A stretch of 64,000 bases of DNA, taken from positions 248,001 to 312,000 of the forward strand of contig NIVC01000421.1 in assembly GCA_002269645.1 (NCBI GenBank), read 5' to 3'. Positions 44,174 to 56,425 of this stretch are shown one piece after another. The notes under the pieces were generated by a model. It was given only the letters and a program-made list of their open reading frames with translations, searched no databases and was not told where the DNA came from. The stretch's first letter is position 1. Every line of letters begins with the position of its first letter. The stretch is from Macrostomum lignano. Lineage: Eukaryota. Position numbers and translations under genes: made by a program.

Positions 44174-46264
44174 TCAATCGCAGCAGTTAATAGCGGCCGT
44201 CAGCAGCTTCAGGCATCGAGGATCGTCGCCAAAGTGCATCGGCGACAGCGAGTTGGTGAGGAAGGCCACGCAGAGACGTCTGTCCGGGTCGCAGTAGAGG
44301 AACTGACCTCCGAAGCCAACGCAACCGAGCAGCCAATTGTCGCAACCGTCGATACGAAGCGGCAGCGAGCCTGGTCCAATGCCCACTCGGCAGCCGCAAT
44401 TCGGATTGCCCTCCGGCATTCCCCTCACCGGCTGTCGCAGCCGATCGACGCAGCTTGAGTCTGGGACGATCTTGCCCGAGCAGAGAAGCGACATCAGTCG
44501 GGCGAAACTCTCGGCAGTGCCGTAGGCCCCCGCGACAGTTGACGAGTAATTCAAGGATGCTGCCCGGGTCGTTGCTAGGAGATGTCGCAGGCTTGGCCAG
44601 AACTCGGGCCTGGCGATGCAGCGCCACAGCAGCGTCCAGTTCCGGGTGGGCCTGGCCACCTGCTGCGGACGTCGATGCGAGCTGCCCGCGGCTCCCACCG
44701 ACTGCACCGCGGCTCCAATGCGGATGTGCAGACCATGCGGCTCAGCGACCTCCTCGCGGAAGTAGTCTGCCAGTTTCCTGAGCAAATTTTTGGCAATTTA
44801 GACTGGTTAGGGTCCTTTGTGTCATCCATCGTCTGCACCATCCATCATCTGCACCATCCATCCTCTGCACCATCCATCCTCTGCACCATCCATCCTCTGC
44901 ACCATCCATCCTCTGCACCATCCATCCTCTGCACCATCCATGATCTGCACCATCCATCCTCTGCACCATCCATCCTCTGCACCATCCATCCTCTGCACCA
45001 TCCATCCTCTGCACCATCCATCATCTGCACCATCCATCCTCTGCACCATCCATCCTCTGCACCATCCATGATCTGCACCATCTATCCTCTTCACCATCCA
45101 TCCTCTGCACCATCCATCATCTGCACCATCCATCATCTGCACCATCCATCATCTGCACCATCCATCATCTGCACCATCCATCATCTGCACCATCCATGCT
45201 CTGCACCGTCTGTTCGCCAACCTACCTGCCTTTCGGGTCAACTCGCTGCACCAGACCATCAGCATATAGTCCCAAGTCCCAAGTGTAGCTTTGACGTCGT
45301 TTTGCGACTGTCGCCCATGTGCCGATCCGGCATGAGCACTGATGGACTCGCCGAGGCCTTCAGACTGGCTGAGAAGCTGGAGAACTGTGATGGCGGAATT
45401 ATTACTGGCTGATAACTCTGGCCAGTAATCAGCTACTGGCTTGCTGTAGTCCAGGTAGCCCTGTTGATGCGATATGTATAATTAGGATAATATTTATATC
45501 TATGGGACCAGGTTCCTAATCTATGGGGTCAGGTTCCTAATCTATGGGATCAGGTTCCTAGTTAATAAGATCAGGTTCCTAATCTATGGGATCAGGTTCC
45601 TAATCTATGGGATAAAGTTCCTAATCTGTAGGATCAGGTTCCTAATCTATGGGATAAAGTTCCTAATCTATGGGATCAGGTTCCTCTTCCATGGGATCAG
45701 GTTCCTAATCAATAGGATCAGGTTCCTAATATATGGGATCAGGTTCCTAATTTATGGGATCAGCTTAATTCCTAATCTATGGGATCAGGTTCCTAATCTA
45801 TGGGATCAGGTTCATAATCTATGAGATCAAGTTCCTAATCTATGGGATCAGGTTCCTAATCTACGGGATCAGGTTCCTAATCTATGGGATCAGGTTCCCA
45901 CTATCGCAGCTCCAACCTGAGCACTCAGCCGCGCCAGACAGACGCCAGCCAGAAGCCTGCTAGAACATGAGTACGCATTGGCTTCAGTCCGGTGGTGCCA
46001 TTCATCGCTGGTGCTTGGGTCGGCAACTCCCGACCAGATATCTGCTACCAGTTGTCCATGGTGGAAGACAGCCAGTGCGCTGCCGCCCCTGCTAGCAGAT
46101 TCAAAGTCCTTGCAGCACGATTCGTACGCCTGCTTCAACGGTTGAAATACTGCGCTGGTGAAGCCGTGTGAGCTTCTGGCTGACTGAAGCCGCCTACTAC
46201 GCAGGGTTCTGTCAATGATGAAGATAATTATCAGGCTCAGTACTACTGACGCAGACAGTAGCAT
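44174..46264 (-). CDS. Serine beta-lactamase/penicillin-binding-protein-fold protein (LACTBL1 / nematode lact-like) with an N-terminal hydrophobic anchor; probable pseudo-enzyme
   Basis: Phase-consistent exons: 45917-46264, 45222-45460, 44174-44777. Motifs: GSALAVFHHGQLVADIWSG, YSCSSRLLAGVC (SxxK position), LDYSKPVADYWPEL, ITVLQLLSQSEGL, LADYFREEVAEPHGLHIRIG, GFGGQFLYCDPDRRLCVAFLTN. Confidence 0.85.
44822..45205. repeat. 16-nt minisatellite (CTGCACCATCCATCCT)n, lactamase-like intron 2
   Basis: Directly visible. Confidence 0.95.
45500..45900. repeat. 21-nt minisatellite (GGGATCAGGTTCCTAATCTAT)n, lactamase-like intron 1
   Basis: Directly visible. Confidence 0.95.
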
Positions 46265-47579
46265 GATTGAACTGTACGGCCGATAACGGATCGAGCAAAA
46301 ACCAATATACGAGTATAGGACAATTGTATATTGAATTTTAGCGGATCGAATTCGATCAGCTCTGGAAGCAGAGGACTGCTTGATAAACAGTGGCACAAGA
46401 ACAGAAAATTTATGTAGCAAAAATTCACGCACTACAGTTTTCTCTGCGCATTTTTTGGCTTGAATTTTTTAGAACTGCGCGCGCTCTTGAGTAACTAGGT
46501 GCTTATCAGCAAATGTGCTCGCGATCAAGTGTGCACATACGGTTACATGTATGGACGAGAGGACGAACTCTGAACTTGAATCGTTGCGTGCATTAAATCT
46601 CTCTTTTACTGCAAGTACCGAGTGTCGTTTCATTAAAATCTTTATAGTAAGAAAGGTGCAGTGTTATACTATCTGTACCGGCCGGTGCTTATCTGCATGT
46701 AAGCTATATGCGCATGTACATTGAATCTTTTCTTCTGTATTACGTACTTTTGCATATTGAAAGTACGGGTATATGCATGTATAAGAACAGTAATGAACAT
46801 TTTATTACTTATAAATAATCTCTGGAGTTATAAATAATTAATACATGTACGTAATTTCATGTTATATCATTAATCGAACTCCCATATTTTGTGCATGTGT
46901 GTATCATATGATGTTGATATCCATGTATCGGCCGCCGGGAACATCGACACGTACTTACGCTCGTAAGAAAAATATAGAGTTAAGCGATACGCTAAATAAA
47001 GGTCTTGGAGTATATATGCAGATACGTGAATGAAGTCCACGGTTCTTAAAGCCTTAAAATAAAGAAAAAACAATTTTAAAAGAAGTTACATTATTTATTT
47101 GAATATAAGATACACTTTGTTATATTGTTGTTATAAATAATGTTAGTATATTGTTTTTAACTAATACATCTATAGTCAATAATGACGTTTTTTCAAGTAT
47201 CGCACCAGTGTGCATGCAGGGTGAAACTATGCATTCCTGCAGCTGTCGCAGTCCAGTTGATCCGTCATCACCATCATCGACGCTAATTCAGCAAACAGGG
47301 CATTTTGGAGCTCGCCGACGCCCGCTAGGCATTTTCAGCTGCACGATGCAACGTACCCCAAGGCGCGACACCATTGAGGACCGCGATGTTTCTACGAAAA
47401 TTTACTTCCAAGAAGTGTTCACGGTTTAAACAAATTTGACATCGCATAACCACTTCTCATATTCTCCGGCTGGTGCAGCTATAATCATGACAGTGAGGCG
47501 GAAGGCCTTTTAGTTTCAATAGATGGAATGGCAGCGAAGAGTTTTGTGCTGCATTGCGTGTATATTTATATGTACACAG

Positions 47580-48400
47580 ACTGCGCGAGATTGAGGGGCC
47601 TAGGGAGGTGCGAAAAGGTGGCGTGGCGTGATAGGCTACGCCGACCCCCCCCCCGGCTTAGCGAGCCGGCTAGCATGGCGCGCACCCACCCCACCTCAGC
47701 TAGACAGAGGTTTGGGGGCGTTTCCAGTGCGGCTGCACTGGTGCTGCCAGTCGCGTACAGTCTGGCCGCCACACAGCTCCCCCCAGCACCGAGCTAGGCC
47801 CCGAACGTCGGGTGGTAGCCAAGGCCGCGAGAATGCCGAGGAGCGGGCGCCGAAGGCAGCAGAGACGCGAGGCGGGCGCCGATGGTAGCAGGGCGCCGAG
47901 CGGGCGCCAGGCGGGCGCCGAAGGCGGCAGGGCGCCAGGCGGGCGCCGAAGGCAGCAGCAGGGCGCCAGGCGGGCGCCGAAGGCAGCAGCAGGGGTGCGC
48001 GACCGGACCACACCCGAGGCAATCGACAGTCAGTTGCCGCCGTGAGCCGGGTCGATGCTCCTGCACAGAGGCTGGGGACGTTAGGCTAGCAACAGCGGTG
48101 CTAGCCTAGAATGAGCTGCAGCGTGTGGCGCTGGTTGGTCCAACGCGGGGGCCGAAAGGCGAGACCCCAGGAGCTACCGGGTGGCGGGCTGACTGGGCCG
48201 ATTCGTGCTGCGGGCCGCGGGTACTGCTGTGGCTGCTGGGCTGCTGGGCTGCGGTGCTGCAGGGCTGCTGCTGGGCTGCTGGGCTGCGGTGCTGCTGTGC
48301 TGCCGTTGCAGTCGGCCAAGGCGGTTGGCTGCCATGGACCGCACAGGGCCGACCATGGGTAGGCCCAGCGTTCCGCGCTGGGAGTCGGGCTCACCAATGA
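47580..48400. other. GC-rich island with short GGGCGCCGAAGGCAGCAG and GCTGCTGG repeats and no convincing ORF
   Basis: Sharp GC and CpG contrast with AT-rich flanks; identity unknown. Confidence 0.5.
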
Positions 48401-48474
48401 GGCGGTGACAAAAAACAAATAAAAACTACAAAACTACAAAAAATTTGCTGAGTTGCCGCAATGTCTGGTTGGCA

Positions 48475-48590
48475 ATGCCGGTTGACGAAATGCCGCGGGT
48501 TGACGAAATGGCAGTTGACGAAATGCCGCGGGTTGACGAAATGCCAGTTGACGAAATGCCGGTTGATGAAATGTCCGGTCAACTTTGGGG
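48475..48590. repeat. Short GTTGACGAAATGCC tandem cluster, like MITE subterminal repeats
   Basis: About six copies ending TCCGGTCAAC; no partner end found. Confidence 0.6.
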
Positions 48591-51500
48591 CGCAAACACG
48601 AGTATAAGGATCGAGCGCCAATTTTCAAGCTGGGCGCAAAAAATGCGTGTATAATATATTAGGGGCGGGGGGGGGCGAAAAATCAAGCTTAGGAGCGCAA
48701 ACATAGGTTTTTTGGGAGGGGGGTGGGGCGGTCGATCTCCCCCCCCCCCTAAATCCGCCCCTGGTTTCGGATCATCCAAGAAAAAAAGCAGTAACTATAC
48801 ATAACTTTGTTGAATGTTTGACTTTCTTAACAGCCTCGCTTTGCAAAAATGGCGGTTTAAAGATCATGTGCTTTCTTCTTGGCTATTCCCATTTAATAAT
48901 TACAACTTTATAGCAAGTATATGCCTCTAGTTTAGAATTCAAAAATGTTATACTCCACAAACCAGGTTCTAGAACCAGAACAAGCAATATGGAAACACCC
49001 AATCTCATAATCTGAATCAGACTGAATCAGCAATAGGTTAGCAAAATATGCAAAAAAATATTTTACTAATAACGTTTATATTTTATTTTGTACTTATTTG
49101 TTTACCTTAGTAAATACTACAAAGTTTATTATTATTCGTTATACCAATTGAATTTTTAAACTTGACTTTTACAAGAAAAACTCTGATTTGTTTTCCGCGG
49201 GATGACTCATTTTAGAAATGAAAATACTTTAACTTGTGCAAAGCAAACAGATTGTTCACATTTCAAACTTTTCGTGTCTGTTTTTGAGTACCTAAAATCA
49301 CTCATATTTTAGGCCCTTTACCATTCATCTATCACCTAAACCTTTCAATCAAGCATCATAAGTTATGACGTCTGTTCCACGTTTTAATGTGTCAGCTAGG
49401 TATAGAAAGGATGGTAAGCTTTTTAAATCTTAAAGTTTTGTAAATATGCTTTTAAATTGATTTGATTTAGTAATTTTAAAGTGTTAATTTTCTAAGTATG
49501 ATATACAGACCTGGTATTTGATATTTGATTTTAGAAGCTGCAACCTGAGTCCCTGACCCTGTGACCCTGTCCCTGCATGGATGATCATGAATCCATGATG
49601 ATGGATCATGGATGCTGATAGTCCTGGAAAAAAATAAGCCTGGGCCAATTGTAGGGATTGCAAAATCCCAGTTTCATGCAATCATGGGATCCCAGAATTT
49701 GCAGTATAGTGCAAGAGAAAAAAATTGGTATAATTTAGTGCAAGACAAAAACTTTCAATGAGACCAGTGCGGATCATGTACCCGTGTACACCAGAGAAAA
49801 TTTGGGCGTCAAGGACTTTGTATGCCAGTGTACGCCAAAAACAAAAAGTTGCACTAATGTACACCAAAAATTCCTAAAAAAGTCATTTGGTTTCATAAGT
49901 AGAGTTTTTTAAGAAAGGCTTTCAATGTTTCATATGAAAAGTGTTTTTAAAATATTGCAAATATTTTCAATTTAAACAAACTTAAATTATACCTACAAAA
50001 AATATGATGCGAAATTAATACTCTTAGCAAAAATTTACACTAATTTTATTTATTATTAATTTAAAAGAAACAAAAAGTTTATCACTGACGATATAAATTT
50101 TCTTTTACTTTACATAAAAATGTTAATTTACATAACAATTTTCATGAATGGCATGAATTTATTCACCAAAATTTGTATGCCAAAAAAGTATGCGTGGCTA
50201 TGTTACTTGTGTACACCAATAGTATAGGCCTAGGCCAACAAAGCACGCCAGGGGTTGTGTACACCAATTGTGTATGCCAAAGACTTAGGGTGGCCATTTT
50301 GTATGCCAGAAAAGTTATAGCGTACATGCATACCATCTGCAACCTGGCAATGAGACAAGATTTTTGTAGAGAGAAAATTAGCACTTTTTTTCTTGTAGAC
50401 CTATACTGACAGCTTTTTCAATTAAAATATATTAACATTGTAGTTTCTATAAAAAAGATTCAAATATAATATAAGTTTTACCTTTTTAGGCCTAGGCCTA
50501 GTTTTACTAATATTTTTTAAATAGAAAATTATACTAATTTTTTCAATGTTTTTGTAAAATGTTAATAGTAATTTGTAGTGTTCCGCCACAGATATAGCTA
50601 TGGCTATGGCCTATGGGATCCTACAGCAAATATGGTAAAATAGATGCCTACGGCAGCTACCATACTCTGGATCATATGTTATATGCCTGAAAATTCAGGC
50701 ATGCATTGGCTTTGCACACCAAAATTAGGCATGTACACCTGGTGTGCACTTTATAAAATCACACGTAAGAGTTATTGTGAAGTAGAAAAAAGATGAAAAA
50801 AGTTCATTTTTAAGCGCATATTTCAAGCTGTCCAGTTTCTTTCAAGCTCATAAAAGAGCATTTAAGCAAATCTTTTCGTGTATAAATTTTCTGCTATAAA
50901 TAGTATCACAAAAAAAGCATAAAAAGCAACCAAATTATCTGGTAATAAGGGTCTATTACACAATTTAAAAAAGGTGTTTTTTATTGTCACAACGTAAAAA
51001 AGGTCATTTGTTGTTGCAACACTGGCATATTTTGACATACATGCGCAACTTCTGAAATTACGCTGGCCGTGCGACTTAGTTTTCGATCAAAAATGCGACT
51101 TACCTATGTAAGAAAGCTAAACAAAGAATTGTGGGTAAACGGCAGGAGTAACTATGACTATATTTTAAAGGCTAAATGCCTCGCCAGCTAATTAGTGCAG
51201 ATTTCGCGGTTTTTATTACAGCTAATCAGTATATCATTACGGTAGTGGCGGCCTGAGGCAATTAGTAATGATGACAATGAGTAAAGACATGTAATGACAA
51301 AAGTCATGATTCATGAATGTCTAGAAGTAAGTGAAGTGAATACAGTGTGGCCTATAGCTCAAGAACGATTTGCTAGACGATTTGGCATGGAAGATGAGAG
51401 CCCTGATTCAGATGGCTCATCAGATGCAGAATACAAATCCAGTAGAGATACAAGCTGTGAAAACCCACAGATTTTGAAACCACTGAATTCCAATTCCCGG

Positions 51501-51619
51501 AACTATTTTGTATAGATTCTTAAATTTGAAGTCATGCTCAAACAAAAACTTGTTTACAGTTAGGAAAAAGGCAAACAAGGATGGGAATAAATGCATGTTA
51601 AATTAAGATTTGAGGCCTT

Positions 51620-52330
51620 TGCAAATTCTCTCCTTTCCTCAATCTTCTCATCCTCTTTTTCTTTTCTCTCTCATCCCTCATCCCTTCTTTCTTTCCTCTC
51701 CTCTCTCCTCTCTTTCCTCCTCTCTTATCTCTTCTGTCTCCTGTCTACATTCTTATCTCTCCTCTCGTCTCTCTCCACTTTACTCTACTCTCTCATCTTA
51801 TCTCTCCTCTCGTCTCTCTCCACTCAACTCTCTCATCTCATCTCTCCTCTCTTCTCTACTCTCTTATCTCTCCTCTCTTCACTCTCCTCTTATCTCCTCC
51901 TTATCCTCTCTTCTCTCGTCTACTCTCTTATCTCCTTTCTTCTCTCCTCTTTCCTCTTTCCTCTCTTTTCTGATCTTATCCATCATCATATCTTTCCTCT
52001 TTCCTCTCATCTCTCTCATCTCTCTCCTCCCTCAGCTTTTCTCTCATCTTCTATCTTTTCTCCCATTGCATCGCTCGCCTCTCCTCTGTTTGCTTATCTC
52101 CAATCTTCTATTCCCTCTACTTTGAAGTAAGAAAATATGCACACATTTTTGCTGAAGATAAGAGGAGAGAAGAGGGCATTGAGGAGAAAGGGTAGAGAGA
52201 AAAGGGGAGAAAGGAGAGGGGAGAAGAGAGGAGAGTAAAAATGAAAAGATAGAGAAGAGGGAAAAGGGGGAGAGAGAGAAGAGGGGAGGCAAGGTAGAGA
52301 AGAAGAGAGAGATGAGAGTTGAAGCGACAC
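51620..52330. repeat. Long CT-rich tract followed by a GA-rich tract
   Basis: Directly visible low-complexity sequence. Confidence 0.85.
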
Positions 52331-52564
52331 CAACCTTGCTAGTTAGAAAGTTTCAAAGAACCCGAGGGGCAAGGGCCAGATAGAGGGGCTTCGCAAGCTG
52401 GACTTTGCCGACCCCTGCTCCGGAGTTAAATAAATCAATGGGAAACTGTTGACATAGGCTGCTGATTTCAAAGATCTTGTCTGTGGTTGAAGGCTTTTAT
52501 TCTGTTTTTTTGCTCTCCTGCCACACTTGCACCTACTACGAGTACCCCCTGATTGCCTCTGATT

Positions 52565-53510
52565 GCGACTTACTTCCCTCTTATTGCGACTTAGTTGCTC
52601 CTTTTGCGACTTACCTAACCCTTTTGCGACTTACCTAATCCTTTTTGCGACTTACCTAATCCTTTTGCAACTTACCTAATCCTTTTTGCGACTTACCTAA
52701 TCCTTTTGCGACTTACCTAATCCTTTTTGCGACTTACCTAATCCTTTTGCGACTTACCTAATCCTTTTTGCGACTTGACCTAATCCTTTTTGCGACTTAC
52801 CTAATCCTTTTGCGACTTACCTAATCCTTTTTGTGACTTGACCTAATCCTTTTTGCGACTTGACCTAATCCTTTTTGCGACTTAGTTGCTCCTTTTGCGA
52901 CTTACCTAATCCTTTTTGCAACTTACCTAATCCTTTTGCGACTTACCTAATCCTTTTTGCGACTTACCTAATCCTTTTGCGACTTACCTAATCCTTTTTG
53001 TGACTTGACCTAATCCTTTTTGCGACTTGACCTAATCCTTTTTGCGACTTAGTTGCTCCTTTTGCGACTTACCTAACCCTTTTGCGACTTACCTAATCCT
53101 TTTGCGACTTACCTAATCCTTTTGCGACTTACCTAATCCTTTTTGCGACTTACCTAATCCTTTTGCGACTTGACCTAATCCTTTTTGCGACTTAGTTGCT
53201 CCTTTTGCGACTTACCTAATCCTTTTTGCAACTTAGTTGCTCCTTTTGCGACTTACCTAATCCTTTTTGCGACTTACCTAATCTTTTTGCGACTTGACCT
53301 AATCCTTTTTGCGACTTAGTTGCTCCTTTTGCGACTTACCTAATCCTTTTGCGACTTACCTAATCCTTTTTGCGACTTACCTAACCCTTTTGCGACTTAC
53401 CTAATCCTTTTGCGACTTACCTAATCCTTTTTGCGACTTGACCGAATCCTTTTTGCGACTTAGTTGCTCCTTTTGCGACTTACCTAATCATTTGTGCAAC
53501 TTAATTTGCT
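52565..53510. repeat. About 20-22-nt minisatellite (GCGACTTACCTAATCCTTTT)n with no host gene found
   Basis: Directly visible. Confidence 0.95.
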
Positions 53511-54289
53511 TCTGCTGCAACTTGTTTTTCTTTTGCTTCACCATTTTACTTCCCTATATTGCTCTTTCCTCTTGCATTTTTTCATTTTTGGTCAACTCAA
53601 TTTTGCGACTTACCCTTGTCCACCACAATTTACGGTGGCCGGATTGGCCAGCTCGGCCAGCAGTTGCGCATGTATGATATTTTGAGAATGGGTATGCACA
53701 ACATTTTTTGGTGTGCATTTGTAATTATTCAATTTTTGTTCAAGTGTGCACCTAGCAAAATCCAGACTATGGAGCAGTTACAGATACGCCTATGATAGCT
53801 AGCTGCTTTTATGGCTACAACTACAGAAATATAGTAGTTGCTGTCACATTCCCTAGATTCCCATAGCCATAGTTATTAATTTAAAAAATGAAAAAATATT
53901 AGAAACAGGTAGAGTAAAACAATAATACTTTAGTAAACTGTATTATCAACTTAGAAACTTATAGAATATACCTAATAAAGTACAATAAAACACTAGCAAA
54001 CTCTAATTTTTATTAATGTGAAAAAAAAGTTTAGCATTAGTACTTTTAGTAGCGATTAAGTATTGTTGCTCCATAAAAAGACAAAATACAATCTTACAAA
54101 GGCAATAGAGTGTTTCTTTTATTTTCTAACTTAATTTGTAGTTTTTTAAGCACTAGGTTATCTTCTTGATTTAAAATATTTTGTTTTCTAGAATTTTTGT
54201 AAAAAACTGTGACCATGGCTATGGGAACTATGGGAATATGGTAATAGAGAAATGAAGGCCAACACCAACATATAAGAAATTATTATAAT

Positions 54290-54329
54290 AGCCAACACGT
54301 TTTGACACAAGCGGTCATCTGACAGGGCT
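54290..54329 (-). ncRNA. Decayed minimal hammerhead-ribozyme-like motif 3' of the Penelope-like ORF
   Basis: Minus strand AGCC-CTGTCAGA-T-GAC cgcttgt GTC-AAAAC-GTGT-T-GGCT, compared with the PLE-type core CTGANGA-stem II-GAAAC-GCGT-H. Stem I AGCC/GGCT and stem II GAC/GTC are intact; the core has about 3 lesions. Confidence 0.4.
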
Positions 54330-54589
54330 TGCACTCATGATTCACAGTTTAGTATATTTAAATAGAGAAAATCAAAAACTCTACATGGCAATAGACAAAT
54401 GGGTTCAGTCTGTAAATTGTGATCAGTTGATAATCAGTTGATAATTGTACATTAAGAGCGGAAACTATAATAAATTATTTGGCCATCACACAGAAAACGC
54501 AACCACAGAGCAAACAAAATTGGGGGGGGGGAGAGCCTCAAACCCACACCAAGCCTAGAAAACCTTGAGCTGTAAACTGGCTCCTCCAC

Positions 54590-56425
54590 CTGCAAGCTAA
54601 GTATTCAAACTAGGTCTATGATGCTTAATGTGCAAGGCTTCCAGCACTCTGAGCTTGCCATCAAATCTACATCTATCCAAAACAGTGAAAAGCTCAGTCA
54701 GCTCATGCTCACAACAAGCATTGCAACTAAGCAAGTGATCATGCATAGCAGAGTTATTCATTCTATGCTCCCTAGCCCTAGTGTATAGGTGCCTTTTGGT
54801 TTTTCCTATGTAGGAAATTCTCTGATCACCAGAACAACAAAATTGATAGATAATACCATCAGACAGCGCTCTAGGGGCATTTGACTTCAACCTGCTAACA
54901 AACTAGCCAATTTTGGCAGTCTGAAACACAACCATGACCCGAGAGTTGAAATAATTCAAGAAGGTTCTTTTATGCTTCTTTTCCAGAGTCAGGATGGGAC
55001 TCCAAGGAATGGGAGTTTGATCAGCAATATGGAATTTGACCTCTTAGCTTCGTCAGTCAAACTAGACTTAGTCATTTTCTTAGTCAGATCTGTTCAGCAC
55101 TTTACTAACAAAACCCCTAGGGAAACCGTTACATTTAAAAATGTCAGTGAGCTTGATGACTTCTTGGTGGAAAGATTGCCAAGTACTACAGATACTAAAT
55201 GCTCTGTGCATCATGCACCCGACAAGACTAGCCTTCTATTGGCGTGGGCACAATGCATTAAAGTTAAGCATGAGACCAGTAAATGTGGGTTTGCAGTATA
55301 CCTTAGTGCTAACAGTGTCCAGACTGAACTCAACCTCAATGTCAAGAAAGGGCAACTTCTTATCACCCCTTTCCACGGTGAACCGAATGTTGGGTGAGTA
55401 GAGTTCAGCGCTTGGAGAAATTGACTTTGCTTACTAGACCATCGAAGATCGCAAAGGTATCATCAACATACCTCCTATAGAAAGTCAGAGCACAGGGAAG
55501 AGACATCTACTGTTTCTCCCAGTGAGCCATGCAAATGTTAGCCAGCGTAGGAGCAAGCAGGCTCCCCATAGCACACCCGTCAATTTGGCGATAATATTTG
55601 TCTTGAAAGAGAAAGATGCCCTGCGTAGCTAAAGTCAGCAGCTTCCTAAACACCGCTTTAGGCATTTCAGGAGGAGACTCAGCAAAGACAAGGTCAGTGG
55701 CAAGATCTAAAGCAAGCTTGCAAGGAATGTTTGTGAATAACAAAGTGACATCAAAGCTGACACACTAATCATTACCATCCGGCCTCACAGATTTCAGAGC
55801 TTCAATGAACTGATGGTTAGAATTGGCACTAAACTCTTGGGGCATTTTTGGCTTGATGATAGAGTCTAAAAACCTGGCCAACTCATACTCAGCAGTATTA
55901 ATCATAGACACGATGGGATGCAGGAGCTTGTCCTCTTTGTGGATTTTGCACAGGCCATACAACTGGCCAGGCTGGCTACCACTGGGCATTATACATTTGT
56001 ACGTTTCATCGTTCACAAACCTCTTCACCTGAGTTCTGATGTAGGTTTGGATACTGCGTTCAGCCTTTAGCACAGGGTGCATCATTGTCACCTCGTCGTT
56101 AGGACCTAAGCAACAAAACTTGGATTGATCACTAATGATGTCATTCAACTTTCTATGGTAGTCATCACTATCAAGAATGGCAATTCCGTAACCCTTGTCA
56201 TAGCCTATAACCTTAATATATTTATTAGCCCTCAGTTGTTTCAAAGTTTCATGAATCAACCTGTTTTTCTTGCCACTCACAATAGCATGAGTCTGGGCAA
56301 AGAATTGATCAGAGTCAGTGACAAGTTTATTCCTACAGCTATCTTGCAGGTGGCGCATTTCACAGCCCACAGTTTCAGAAGATCTCAGACATTTACTCAC
56401 AGCACTCTCAATCTCAGTCATGATG
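54590..56425 (-). mobile_element. Degenerate Penelope-like retroelement (RT plus GIY-YIG endonuclease) with stops and frameshifts
   Basis: RT N-terminus YDKGYGIAILD...LYGLCKIHKEDKLLHPIVS; LFTNIP...YRQIDGCAMGSLLAPTLAN; after an in-frame TAG, RRYVDDTFAIF (about 55470); LPFLDIEV; GIY-YIG IIYQFCC...YIGKTKRHLYTRAREH...LEALHIKHHRPSLN. Confidence 0.92.

Noticed and set aside
48745-52420. Complete DNA transposons defined by TIR-like ends (AAATCCGCCCCTG about 48764, GCAACACTG about 51024, GCCGACCCCTG about 52413)
   Set aside because: I could not find partner ends or TSDs in the window, so element boundaries cannot be supported.
54972-55401. Plus-strand 141-aa ORF as a separate gene
   Set aside because: It is the antisense shadow of the Penelope RT thumb and linker region (LPFLDIEV on the minus strand), with no recognisable motif.
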